Part shown: positions 42,330 to 54,516 of the stretch, piece after piece
Position numbering within the stretch: position 1 is the first letter of the stretch
How the letters are laid out: each line of letters begins with the position of its first letter
Source: Eledone cirrhosa
Taxonomy: Eukaryota
Assembly: GCA_964016885.1 (NCBI GenBank)
Contig: OZ024744.1
Coordinates: 96,720,001 to 96,784,000 of the forward strand
Reading direction: 5' to 3'
Length of the DNA: 64,000 nt
Made by a program: the position numbers and the translations under genes
Notes under the pieces: generated by a model
The model's database searches: none
Told to the model about the DNA's origin: nothing
What the model saw: the letters and a program-made list of their open reading frames with translations, nothing else

Positions 42330-43850
42330 GTGGTAGTAGTGTTAGTGGTGGTGGTGGTGATGGTCTTGGTAGTGGTAGATATGGTGGTGGTGGTGGGATG
42401 ATGGTGGTAGTAGTGTTAGTGGTGATGGGGGTGATGGTCTTGGTAGTGGTAGATATGGTGGTGGTGGTGGGATGATGGTGGTAGTAGTGTCAGTGGTGGT
42501 GGTGGTGATGGTCTTGGTAGTGGTAGAGATGGTGGTGGTGGTGGGATGATGGTGGTAGTAGTGTCAGTGGTGGTGGTGGTGATGGTCTTGGTAGTGGTAG
42601 AGATGGTGGTGGTGGTGGTGGTGGTGGTGGTGGGATGATGGTGGTAGTAGTGTTAGTGGTGGTGGTGGTGATGGTCTTGGTAGTGGTAGAGATGGTGTTG
42701 GTGGTGGTGTGATGATGGTAGTAGTGTTAGTGGTGGTGGTGGTGATGGTCTTGGTAGTGGTAGAGATAGTGGTGGTGGTGGTGTGATGGTGGTAGTAGTG
42801 TTAGTGGTGATGGTCTTGGTAGTGGTAGAGATGGTGGTGGTGGTGGGATGATGGTGGTAGTAGTGTTAGTGGTGGTGGTGGTGATGGTCTTGGTAGTGGT
42901 AGAGATGGTGGTGGTGGTGGTGTGATGGTGGTAATAGTGTTAGTGGTGATGGTGGTGATGGTCTTGGTAGTGGTAGATATGGTGGTGGTGGTGGTGGGAT
43001 GATGGTGGTAGTAGTGTTAGTGGTGATGGTGGTGATGGTCTTGGTAGTGGTAGAGATGGTGGTGGTGGTGGGATGATGGTGGTAGTAGTGTTAGTGGTGG
43101 TGGTGGTGATGGTCTTGGTAGTGGTAGAGATGGTGGTGGTGGTGTGATGGTGGTAGTAGTGTTAGTGGTGGTGGTGGTGATGGTCTTGGTAGTGGTAGAG
43201 ATGGTGGTGGTGGTGTGATGGTGGTAGTAGTGTTAGTGGTGGTGGTGGTGATAGTCTTGGTAGTGGTAGAGATGGTAGTGGTGGTGGTGGGATGGTGGTA
43301 GTAGTGTTAGTGGTGGTGGTGGTGGTGGTCTTGGTAGTGGTAGAGATGGTGGTGGTGGTGGTGTGATGGTGGTAGTAGTGTTAGTGGTGGTGGTGGTGGT
43401 GGTCTTGGTAGTGGTAGAGATGGTGGTGGTGGTGGTGGGATGGTGGTAGTAGTGTTAGTGGTGATGGTCTTGGTAGTGGTAGAGATGGTGGTGGTGGTGG
43501 TGTGATGGTGGTAGTAGTGTTAGTGGTGGTGGTGGTGGTGGTCTTGGTAGTGGTAGATATGGTGGTGGTGGTGGGATGATGGTGGTAGTAGTGTTAGTGG
43601 TGGTGGTGGTGATGGTCTTGGTAGTGGTAGAGATGGTGGTGGCGGTGGTGTGATGGTGGTAGTAGTGTTAGTGGTGGTGGTCTTGGTAGTGGTAGAGATG
43701 GTAGTGGTGGTGGTGGGATGGTGGTAGTAGTGTTAGTGGTGGTGGTGGTGGTGGTCTTGGTAGTGGTAGATATGGTGGTGGTGGTGGGATGATGGTGGTA
43801 GTAGTGTTAGTGGTGATGGTGCTGGTAGTGGTAGAGATGGTGGGTGGTAG
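42330..43850. repeat. ~60-75-bp (GGT)-based minisatellite
   Basis: ggtcttggtagtggtagaKatgg...gtagtagtgttagtgg repeated about 20 times. Confidence 0.92.
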
Positions 43851-44394
43851 AAATAATGATGGTGATGGTGGTGGTGGTGGGATGATGGTGGTAGTAGCGT
43901 TAGTGGTGGTGGTGATGATGGTGCTAGTAGTGGTGGTGGTGGTGGGATGATGGTGCTAGTAGTGGTGGTGGTGGTGGGATGATGGTGGTGGTGATGGTGG
44001 TAGTGGTTGAAATGGTGGTGGTAGAGATAATGATGGTGATGGTGGTGGTAGTGGTGGTAGGCTGATGGTGGTAGTAGTGGTAGTGGTAGTTGTGGTGGTA
44101 GTGGTCGTAGTAGTAGTGGTAGTGGTGGTGGTGGTGGTAGTGGTGGTAGATAGGATGATGGCGATGGTGGTGGTGGGATGATGGTGAAGGTGGTAGCGCT
44201 AGTGGTGGTGGTGATGATGGGATGATAGTGGTGGTGGTGGTAGTAGAGGGTAGGAGTGGTGATGATGGTGGTAGAAGTGGTAGAAGTGGTAGAGGTGGTG
44301 GCAGTGGTGGTGGTGGTGGCAGTAGTAGAAGAGGGTAGTGGTGGTGATGATGAAGGTAGTTGTTATTTATAATTATTACCAATGAGAGTTGACA

Positions 44395-44395
44395 A

Positions 44396-44457
<62 letters not shown>

Positions 44458-44542
44458 GTACTACTACTACTACTACTACTACTACTACAACTAGTACTAC
44501 TACTACTACTACTACTACTACAACTAGTACTACTACTACTAA

Positions 44543-44617
<75 letters not shown>
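44395..44617. repeat. (ACT)n microsatellite
   Basis: Direct inspection. Confidence 0.92.
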
Positions 44618-44619
44618 GG

Positions 44620-44805
44620 TAGATAAAACGATTAAGGATATTATGCAAGCTGGGAAGGCAGCTGGAAAGTTACGTATATTCACTGAGACGCTGAAAAGAT
44701 CTGGCAAGGTAGAACGCTCGATAGTCACGTGCATAGTAAATCAGGTAGTACAGGATGGTTACATAACCAATTGGCTGTCGCGTGTTAGTAGCAACATCAC
44801 AAACT
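44620..44805 (+). mobile_element. RTE-like RT N-terminal fragment
   Basis: IKDIMQAGKAAG...ETLKRSG...IVNQVVQDGYITNW. Confidence 0.5.
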
Positions 44806-44955
44806 AGTAGAGGAACCAAAGAGAGATGAGACAGAGAGGGAGAGAGAGGGGGAGAGAGAGAGAGGGAGAAAGGGAGAGGGAGAGAGAAGGGGGGTAATTT
44901 GAGAGAGGGAGAGAGAGAAAGAAAGAGAAAGAGAGAGAAGGAGAGAGAAAAAAAA

Positions 44956-44996
<41 letters not shown>

Positions 44997-45229
44997 TAGG
45001 GGGCGGGGGGGTTTCATCAAGTCGATGGACCAAGTCATGAAAGTTACTGAATGAGTTATATCATAGCTAATTGCATGTAAGTATATATGTGTGTATGTAT
45101 GTATCTATGTATGTGTGCGCGCGTGTGTATGTATGTATGTATGTATGTGTGTGTGTATGTATGTATGCATGTATGTATGTATGTGTATGCGTATTATGTA
45201 TATGGATGTCTTCCACATTGCTGTAGCTT

Positions 45230-45515
45230 TAAATGTGTTTATTAACTGCGCTATCTTTTCTACGAACTGCACTGTTCAGTGTTTTGGCCACTACATCATG
45301 CCTCATAGGTAGATAGTACGGCGATGACATCTTTGGACAGCTGCTGATGACATGGGTGACATCTTCGATGTTAATTCTGCAGAGTCTGCACTTGATATCA
45401 CATCTAGTATTTTGCCTTCATCCCTACCTCTTTTGTGAATCAGGTATTTCGTGTTAATTTCCTGTTCTTGGATTGCAAAAGCGTATCCTTCAAAGTGAGA
45501 GCCAATATAGCGGTT
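45230..45515 (-). mobile_element. RLE LINE zinc-knuckle fragment
   Basis: FEGYAFAIQEQEINTKYL; CRLC...HVISSCP...RHDVVAK. Confidence 0.75.
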
Positions 45516-45959
45516 GTATGTATGTATGTGCGTATGTATGTATACATACATACATACATACATACATACATACATACATACATACATACATACATACATA
45601 CATACATGCATGCATGTAAGTGTGTATGTATGTACGGACCCGTAACACTTGCTGAAGTCGTAACCACGCCCTATAGACATACGGCGTTTCTTGGGTGTTT
45701 TGAAACCTGTTGAAACCCATCTCCTCTGCAGCCATTACAACTAATTCAAGACAGAATTAAACTAGATATAAAGTAGTTTGACTTTGTGTCAGCAAGAGGT
45801 ACTACCTATTTCTTCTCCCTAGAGAAACAACCGCAACATGTTGGGTTAGCTTCAGTAGAGCTCTCTATCTGGTATCTGATAGAGGTATCATGTTCTGTAA
45901 TCTGGTAGGCACAAAGGAAACTAGCTGTAGATAAATGGCTTGATGGGGCTATGCAAGCC

Positions 45960-46910
45960 GGTAAGATGAAAGTTAATTACTACAGCGAGAAATTTATGGT
46001 ACAGGTAGGAGTCGGACAAGGTTAAGTTCTTAGCCTCCTTAACACCTAGCTCTTGTTTGAATCTGTAGTACGAAGCTATGCTGTAAAGTTCCTGTCTTGA
46101 TCACTGCTACAGAGACCTGGTTGGAGGCTCAACCTTCTTAGTTTTTTTACAGGGCTTGGAAAAACTGAAGGACCGCTGCAATAAGTGTGTGAATCTAAGA
46201 GAAGAATATGTTGAATAAAATCATAAATAACTGATCTTCCTGTGTTTTCTTTCACCCAAAACCAGGAACTTTTCAGCATTCCTTCGTATAATTAAAGAAG
46301 AAATTCCAGGCAAGGAATTAAAATCTAGAATCGAAAGGCTTCATAATAGCAAATACTAAAGTTCTAGTTATTAGGAAAGAAGTCATCAACCCGATACTAT
46401 CAGGGAAACAGACGTGTTTGATATGCCGAAAAGGGGTATGTGAAAATTCCATGTGGTATATCCAATGTAAACTATGGATACAGAATCTATATAAATTGAT
46501 CACAGGCAGGTTAGTGAAGCATGCACTGGAGCAGTAAACAGTAAGAGGAAACTTTTAAATAAGGTTTTATCAAACACCCAGAGGGTTCCATAGAAGTAGT
46601 TGACAGCTTTTAATACCTAAGGTGTCTAATTGAGAGTAAATGTGACTGTACTAAAATCATAGTAACTAGAGTGAATACTTCTGCTGGAAAAAAAAAGGAA
46701 TTCTCTGTCAGAAAGAAAGTCAGATTGTATGATGCCGGAGTGCGAACTGCAGTATTGCATGGTAGCGAGACATTGACCTTGAATGCAGAGAATTTACAAA
46801 GACTAGAGATAAATAAATGAAGTGCGCATGCTCCGGCGGGTGTGTACATTAACGAAAAAGTATAAATAAGTTGTGAGAGAAACTATTTATAAGTGGAGTT
46901 TGATTTGTTG
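45960..46910 (+). mobile_element. Degenerate RTE-like LINE with PHD-like finger
   Basis: NLESKG...TCLICRKGVCENS; KVRLYDAGVRTAVLHGSETL. Confidence 0.65.
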
Positions 46911-46997
46911 AGCATGAAAGAATATTGTACTTTTCCTCTCGTAGTATCTATTACATTTTCCACTGTGCTCTCTTTCCATTCTTGTGATACTTTCACT

Positions 46998-47175
46998 GGA
47001 TTGGTAGTATCGGTAGAGGGTCGGACACCATGCTTTGCAGCATAGAGTTACGCCCCTTTACGGTATGAGTTCAAATCCCACCAAGGTTAAATTTGCCTTT
47101 CATCCTTATCGGGTCGATAAAATAAAGTACCACTGGGTTAATTGCTGGCCTTGTGCCAAAAGTAGAAACAATTAT
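46998..47175 (+). mobile_element. tRNA-derived SINE
   Basis: Family consensus match. Confidence 0.85.
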
Positions 47176-47775
47176 TTCAATAATTTCATCAGTGAATACA
47201 TTTATTTTATGCGATTTTATTCTTCTTCCCATATTCCTTCGAATTTCTACTTATTTCTACTTATTCTTTATTTGGTCAATTTATAAAATGTTATTTTATT
47301 TTTGACTTTACCGTAAATCATCATTTACGTTTATCATCTCGAAACATTTTGAGGGTCGTTTGAATTGTTTAATTCGTTTCTCAAATATCTTTATTCACAA
47401 TTCTTTAGTTTTTATTTGCAGGATATTTAAGATTCCCCTTCGTCTTTAATTTAAAGTTTCCCACGTAACTTTCAGCTTTTGTCCATGACATAATTTTGTC
47501 CGTGCATTGGATCTCGCATATTTTCGTTATATTTTTTCTATTTTCGATTTCAATCTTTTCTAGAAACTATTTGTTTTAGATTTTTTTTTAGTTTTATTTC
47601 CCCCGTCCCACGATTTTCCACATTGCTTCTACACTGTTACTTACATAAAGTAGTTTCTCGCTGTTTTATATACTTTATTTTATTTTTCTGTAATTATTCC
47701 TAATGCAGTGTATCCCTTGAAATTTTCATTAATTGATTAACATTGTTTCATTAAAAAATTACCATAAAAGGGGTT

Positions 47776-47910
47776 AACCAACTGACAGTCCCAGTCACTC
47801 ATTCTCTTGACAATCACACTATAACCACCAACTGACAATGCCAGTCCCTCTCTCTTGACAATCACACTATAACCACCATCTGACAATCCCAGTCTCTCTC
47901 TCTTGACAAT
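47776..47910. repeat. ~49-bp tandem repeat, about 3 copies
   Basis: accaactgaca..cccagtc..tctcttgacaatcacactata. Confidence 0.8.
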
Positions 47911-47990
47911 GTTACTTGGAAATATAACATATATATATATATATACAGAATCATTAGAACATCTGACTGATAAAATGACAAGTTAGTCAG

Positions 47991-48310
47991 TCATATTGGT
48001 GACTTCCTCACAGCCCCGGCGGACAGAATGGAGAAGGCGTTTCCCCGGGGGACCGCAAGGGAGACGCGCTGGAAAAACCATTCCAGCTCGCGGCGCTCAC
48101 ACCTGCGGCTGGCCAGCTCAGCGACTATGGTGGTGAGTAGGGAGGTAGCCCTGGGGTCGAGGACACCAGAAGTCTCCACTGCCAAGGGTTACAACCGCAA
48201 ACCTGTCGGAGAGCGACCGTTATTTTGGAGAATTTGGACTCCTCAGCCCGACGTGCAGCAGTACCTGGGTTAGTGGCAGACTGCACCAGGTTTCGGCTGG
48301 AGAAGTTAAC
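47991..48310 (-). mobile_element. CRE-clade RLE retrotransposon 3' end
   Basis: AARRAEESKFSK; AVETSGVLDPRATSLL...FQRVSLAVPRGNAFSIL. Confidence 0.7.
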
Positions 48311-48701
48311 ATGTTTGTTGTTCACGCTCTGTTTCTATGTTGCGTGATATGCTCCTGGTTAGTAGACTGTCTTCACTTCATTCTGTATGATATAAATTGC
48401 ATTTCTTCAAAATTATGTGATATTTCGTTTATCATATTTCTAAGTCATTGCATTCATTCATTTGTATCGATACTAATAATTCATTATAACTTGACAGTTT
48501 TATATTTTTAGTTACATATTCTTTGTTTAGTTTCAGTTCATTTCTTTGGGTTTGTCGAGTGTGCTGTGTCGTCTTTTATCTTCTCTTCTGGTATGTTCTG
48601 TCTTTACATTGTGTTCTGTTGTTCTATCAATTGTGCTGCATCACTTTTGCCTCAGTTACTTCCCCTTTTCATGCCTCCATGTTAAGAAGTTAAATTATTC
48701 A

Positions 48702-49431
48702 GTTGTTGTTATTGTTATTGCTGATGTTGTTGTTGTTACTGTTGTTGTTGATGATGATGTTTTTCTTGTTGTTGTTGTTATTATTATTGTTGTTGTTACT
48801 GTTGTTGCTGTTGTTGATAGTGTTGTTGTTGTTGATGTTATTATTATTATTGTTGATGTTGTCGTTGCTGCTGTTGTTGTTGTTACTGTTGTTTTCGTTG
48901 CTGCTGTTGTTGTTGTTACTGTTTTGTCGTTGCTGTTGTTGTTGTTGCTACTGTTGTTGTCGTTGCTGCTATTGTTGTTGTTACTGTTGTTGTCGTTGCT
49001 GCTGTTGTTGTTGCTACTGTTGTCGTTGCTGCTGTTGTTGTTGTTACTGTTGTTGTTGTTGTTACTGTTGTTGTTCTTACTGTTGTTGTTGTTACTGTTG
49101 TTGTCGTTACTGTTGTTGCTGCTGTTGTTGTTACTGTTGTTGTTGTTACTGTTGTTGTTGTCGTTGCTGCTGTTGTTGTTGTTGCTGCTGCTGTTGTTGC
49201 TGTTGTTTTAGAATGTCTCTACATAATGTTATTCTATTCATTTAAAGAGAAATCTCAGGAAGTCTTCTAGGGTAGATTCGTTAAGACAATTCCGTGACTT
49301 TAAAGACCTCAAGTCTATAAAGAAGTTGAATATAACCTACTAACATTCACTGTTGCTTAACTTAGGTCTAACTTGTTTGTTTGTTGTTGTTGTTGTTAGT
49401 GCTGGTGGTGGTGGTGGTTGTGGTGGTGTTG

Positions 49432-49463
<32 letters not shown>

Positions 49464-49473
49464 GGTGTGGCGG

Positions 49474-49529
<56 letters not shown>

Positions 49530-49599
49530 AGTGCTGGTGGTGGTGGTGGTGGTGGTGGTGGTGGTGTCGTTGTTGTTGTTGTTGTTGTTGCTGTTGTTG

Positions 49600-49631
<32 letters not shown>

Positions 49632-49845
49632 GGTGGTGGTGTGTGTGGTGTGTTGTCGTTGTTGTTGTTGTTGTTGTTGTTGTTAGTGTTGGTGGTGGTG
49701 GTGGTGGTTGTGGTGGTGCTGTCATTGTTGTTGTTGTTGTTGGTGGTGGTGGTTGTGGTGGTGGTGGTGGTGGTTGTGGTGGTGTTGTCGTTGTTGTTGT
49801 TGTCGTTGGTGGTGGTAGTGGTGGTTGTGGTGGTGGTGCTGGTGT

Positions 49846-49888
<43 letters not shown>

Positions 49889-51060
49889 CTTGTTGTTGTT
49901 GTTGGTGGTGGTGGTGGTGGTGGTGGTGGTGATGGTGCTTGTGGTGGTGGTGGTGGTGGTGGTGCTGGTGGTGGTGTGGTGATGTGGTGGTGGTGTGGTG
50001 GTGTGGTATTGTCGTTGTTATTGTTGTTGTTGTTGTTAGTGCTGGTGGTGGTGGTGGTGGTGGTTCTGGTGGTGTTGTCGTTGTTGTTGCTGTTGTTGTT
50101 AGTGCTGGTGGTGTTGGTGGCGTGGTCGTGGTGTTGTGGTGTGCTGGTGTTGTTGTTGTTGTTATTGATGCTGTTGTTAGCGGTGGTGCTGGTTTGTGGT
50201 GGTGGTGGCAATATTTGTGATAGTGGCGGTTATAGTTGTGATGGTGGTGCTGGTGGTGGAGTGGGGTGGTTGTAGTGTTGGTGGTGGTTGTGATGTTGTT
50301 GTTGTTGTTGGTAGTGGTGGTGGTGTTGCTGGTGTTGTTGTTGTCGTTGTTGTTGTAGGACTGGTGTCGTTGTTGTTATTGATGTTGTTGTCGTTGGTGG
50401 TGGTGGTGATGGTGATGGTGGTGGTGGTGGTGTTGTTGTCGTTGTTGGTGGTGGTGGTGCTGTTGCTGGTGTTGTTGTTGTTGTAGTGCTGCTGCTGGTG
50501 TTTTTGTGGTTATTGATGTTGTTGTTGTTGTTATTGATGCTGTTGTTGTTGGTGGTGCTGGTTTGTGGTGTTGGTGGTGGCAGTGGTGGTGGTAGGGGTG
50601 GTGATGGTGCTGGTGGTGAGCGGGGTTGTAGTATTGGTTTTGGTGGTAGTTGTGCTGTTGATGTTGGTGGTGGGAGGTGAGGGCGGCGAGGCGGGGATGT
50701 TGGTGATGGTGGTGGTGGTGATGGTGGTGATGATGGTGATTGTGTTGGTGGTATGATGGTGCTGGTGGTGTTGGTGGTGATGGTGGTGGTTGTGGTGTTG
50801 GTATTGGTGGTGGTGGGGGTTGGGGTGGGGTGGTGTGGGGGTGGGGGTGGGGGTGCGGGGCGGTGAAGTTAGTCATGGTCATGGTGGTGGTGGCGGTGAC
50901 GATGCTGATGGTGATGGTGGTGGTGGTGGTGTGATGGTGCTGGTAGTGGTGGGAGTGATGAGGGTATGGTGATGGTGGTGCTGGTGGTGCTAGTGGTGAC
51001 GGTGTTGGTGGTGTGATGGTGCAGGTGAGGCTGGCGGTGATGGTGGTGGTGGTGGTGTTT
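48702..51060. repeat. (GTT)n/(GGT)n cryptic simple repeats
   Basis: Direct inspection. Confidence 0.9.
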
Positions 51061-51773
51061 TTGTTTGTATTTTATGACATATGGTGACATTCTTTATTCT
51101 GAAGTAGTTCCATTAAGTCTCATTGCAGAATTGTTTCCATGTTCAGTTTTCGATACTTAAGATTTGAGGAATCACATTACAATAACACATGGCACAATAA
51201 TAGGTCTAAAAACTTTTGTTTACAATACAATGAAGTCCCGCCTATTTGCGGTACTGGTTATTCGTGGAATCGTAAATATATTCCGCGATTATTTAATGGC
51301 TTTATTCGCGGCAATATATATATTTTTTTTTTACGCTAAATTATTATTAACAATATACCGTATTCGCCTATATATTGGACGCCCCTTCGCATAAGAAGGG
51401 GCGTCCAATTTTTAAATTATATTTTACGTTATATTTTTACGTTTATAGGCATTTTTATGGACCATGTCCAATATTCGCAGTTTTTCACTCTTCGCGAGTG
51501 TTCTAGAAACGTAAGCCCCGTCAATACGGGAGATGCGGGAAACTGTACATTAATCAATACCTCTAATAGTCTAATATATTCGAAATGTTTAAATATTTCC
51601 AAGTCGTTGCAAAACATTATTTTTTCCTCAGAAACTTAGGCAAATAATCGTGAGTTAATATGGAGGTGAATAACCAATCAATCAATCAATCACTCAATCA
51701 AGTATGATTACTAATACTTTAAAATTGGTTTAGCCGTGATTATTTCCTTTCATACACACACATACACACACAC

Positions 51774-51837
<64 letters not shown>

Positions 51838-51984
51838 ACATACACATATAATAATAATTGTTTCTACGTTTGGCACAAGGCCAGCAATTATCCCTTACTG
51901 GTACTTTATTTTATCGACCCCATAAGGATGAAAGGCAAAGTTAACCTCGACGGGATTTGAACTCAGAATGTAAAGGGCCATAAC

Positions 51985-54427
51985 AGTGATGAACTGAAGG
52001 ACATATTAGAAAAAGACAGATGATTGCTGATATATTGGGGATATCTAAATTAGGAGGCATTAATCCAATGTCAGCTAAAAGAAATAACTAATAATGTATA
52101 CAACATCCTTGACAAGATATACCAACTAGAACCATCGCAGAAACCAACAATGTCATCAGTGTTGCAGGTATCTACGTTGCTAAAGAGTTAGTTTTGAAAC
52201 AGACTTCACAAGAGCAGATCAATTAACCATGATGGAAAAGAAGAATTGAAGGGGACATCAAAATGCTTAGGAGAGATATTATTAATATGGAAAGGGGAAA
52301 ATGAGGTGAAAAGGGAAAAATATTGAGCAACTTACAGCGAAGTTCAATATCAGGAGAAAGAATGTTACTACGGTAATTGAAGAGCTGAAACAAAAAGTGC
52401 TTGCCAAAGCTGCAAAGATTAAGTGGTATGAACAGTGGATCACACAGTATAAACAGAATGTATGTTTCCAACAAAATCAGAAAAGATCCTATCAGGAGGT
52501 AAATGGCATGGTTAGGAGTGATAGTGTAAGTACTGATGTGAATGAAAGTAAGAAGTTTTGGAGTGATATCTGGAGTGTAGGAAAAGAGCACAATAGAAGT
52601 GTGGAGTGGCTGACTGACATAAAAAATGACATTGGGGATAATCAACAGGAAGAATTGGAGATAACAACTGATATGTTAAATATCCATTGTAGAAAGATAC
52701 CAAATTGGAAAGCTCCTGGCAGAGACGCTGTGTAAGGGTTCTGGATGAAAGATTTGAGTGCCTTTCATAGGAGAATTGCTGAGCAACTGAATAAGATCTT
52801 GAATGGAGAAAAGGGAGGTTGCCTGAATGCTAACCTTTGAGAGAACGATCTTGTGTTTGAAGGACCCCAGAAATGGAAACGCATTTGACAACTTTAGACC
52901 TATCTCTTGCCCCACTCCTTATGTGGAAACTTATAACAGGTGTCGGTGTCGTTCCTGAGACAATGTATGAATACCTGGAGGAGACACTACCCGAAGAGCA
53001 GAAGGGATGTAGGAGAAGCAGCAGAGGGACTAAGGATCAATTGTTGATTGATAACGTAATCCTTAAAGTTATAAAACCTTGCCATGGCCTGGATCGATTA
53101 CCGCAAGCCTTATGACATGGTGCCACATAGTTGGATAGTGGAATGTTTCAAAATGTTTGGTTTGCACCTAACATTAGGCAGTGTCTACTGAGCAGTATGG
53201 ATGGTTGGAAGACTGAGCTGACATCATGTAGACAAACATTGGGAATTGTGAAGAACAAGAGAAGAATATTGCAGGGAAACAATCTTTCATTTTTGCGGTA
53301 TGTATTGTGTATGGTTCCACTGTCATTAGTGTTTAAGAAGGTCAAAGGCTGGTTACGGGTGGGGAGGGCGCAGGTTTAAGATAAATCACCTGCTGTTCAT
53401 GGATGGCTCAAAACTTTATGGGAAATCCTATGAATATATTGATTCCCTTGTACAGACAGTTCATACATTCAGTAAGGACATAGGAATGAAATTTGGCATA
53501 AACAAGTGTGGGGTGATACTACTGAAGCGAGGTAGAATTACTAAGATAGAAGGAATTGAATTACCAGATGGACAAGTTATAAAGGAAATTGATGACATTG
53601 GGTATAAGTACTTAGACATAATGGAAACAAACCAAATGAAAGAGAAGGAAGTGAAAGAACTATTATCAAAGGAATATAAATGGAGACTGAAGTTGGTGTT
53701 AAAGACGAAGTTAAGTGGTAGGAATAAGATACTGGCTATCAACACATGGGCTGTTGCAGTGCTAAGGTTTAGTGCTGGTGTGATAGAGTGGAGATGTGAT
53801 AAACTTGAGGAGCTTGATAGAAAGACCAGGAAAATGATGACACTAGAAGAGGCTCTAGACCCCAATGGTGACGTGAACAGGTTGTACCTATCAGGAGGAA
53901 GAGGTCTCATTAGCTGTGAAATGTGTGTGAACACCTAGCCCAAACTCACTATAAGGAGACATGGTATCATAGGAAAAGTGGTTGCCTGGCATTTATACAA
54001 ACTGAACAGATTACCCCATTCTGAGAAATGGTATGAGCATAAACCAGAGTCGGTGATAGAAAATGATCGGGTGAAGGTGCTGTGGAATTTCAGGATACAA
54101 ACAGATAAAGAATTAGAATACAATAGGCCTGACCTGGTGGTTTTTGACAAGGAAAAAAAGGTCTTGATTAATTATAAATGTAACTTGACCCTTTGATACA
54201 AGAGTTCAAGCAAAGGAGAAGAAGGCAATTATCCGGTAGCAGCAGCTTCCAAGACTGGTTAAAGAACATTAGCCCTAACCCCTTTTTGGAACACTCCAGA
54301 AGACATGCCTATTGGGAACAGCAAGGACCCTCCGATACGTCCTGAATATCTGAGGCTGCAGGTAGCAGCTTCTTGTTCATTAGGGGAAAGTTTCCGGTTA
54401 AATAACATCAATGACTGAAATATCAAA

Positions 54428-54429
<2 letters not shown>
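51985..54429 (+). mobile_element. Older R4/Dong LINE, 5'-truncated with internal deletion
   Basis: [35 protein letters not shown]; 3' end gatacgtcctgaatatctgaggctgcaggtag matches 57880-57910; (AAT)n tail. Confidence 0.9.

Positions 54430-54516
<87 letters not shown>

Noticed and set aside
47165-47200. Minus-strand CUGAUGA...GAAAU hammerhead-like motif
   Set aside because: No stem I pairing; overlaps a SINE tail
48546-51090. Poly-V/L/G/C ORFs
   Set aside because: Simple-repeat translations
51429-51617. TFLE..RR peptide as eag exon 1
   Set aside because: Lacks GLVAPQN and a suitable Met or donor; chance match
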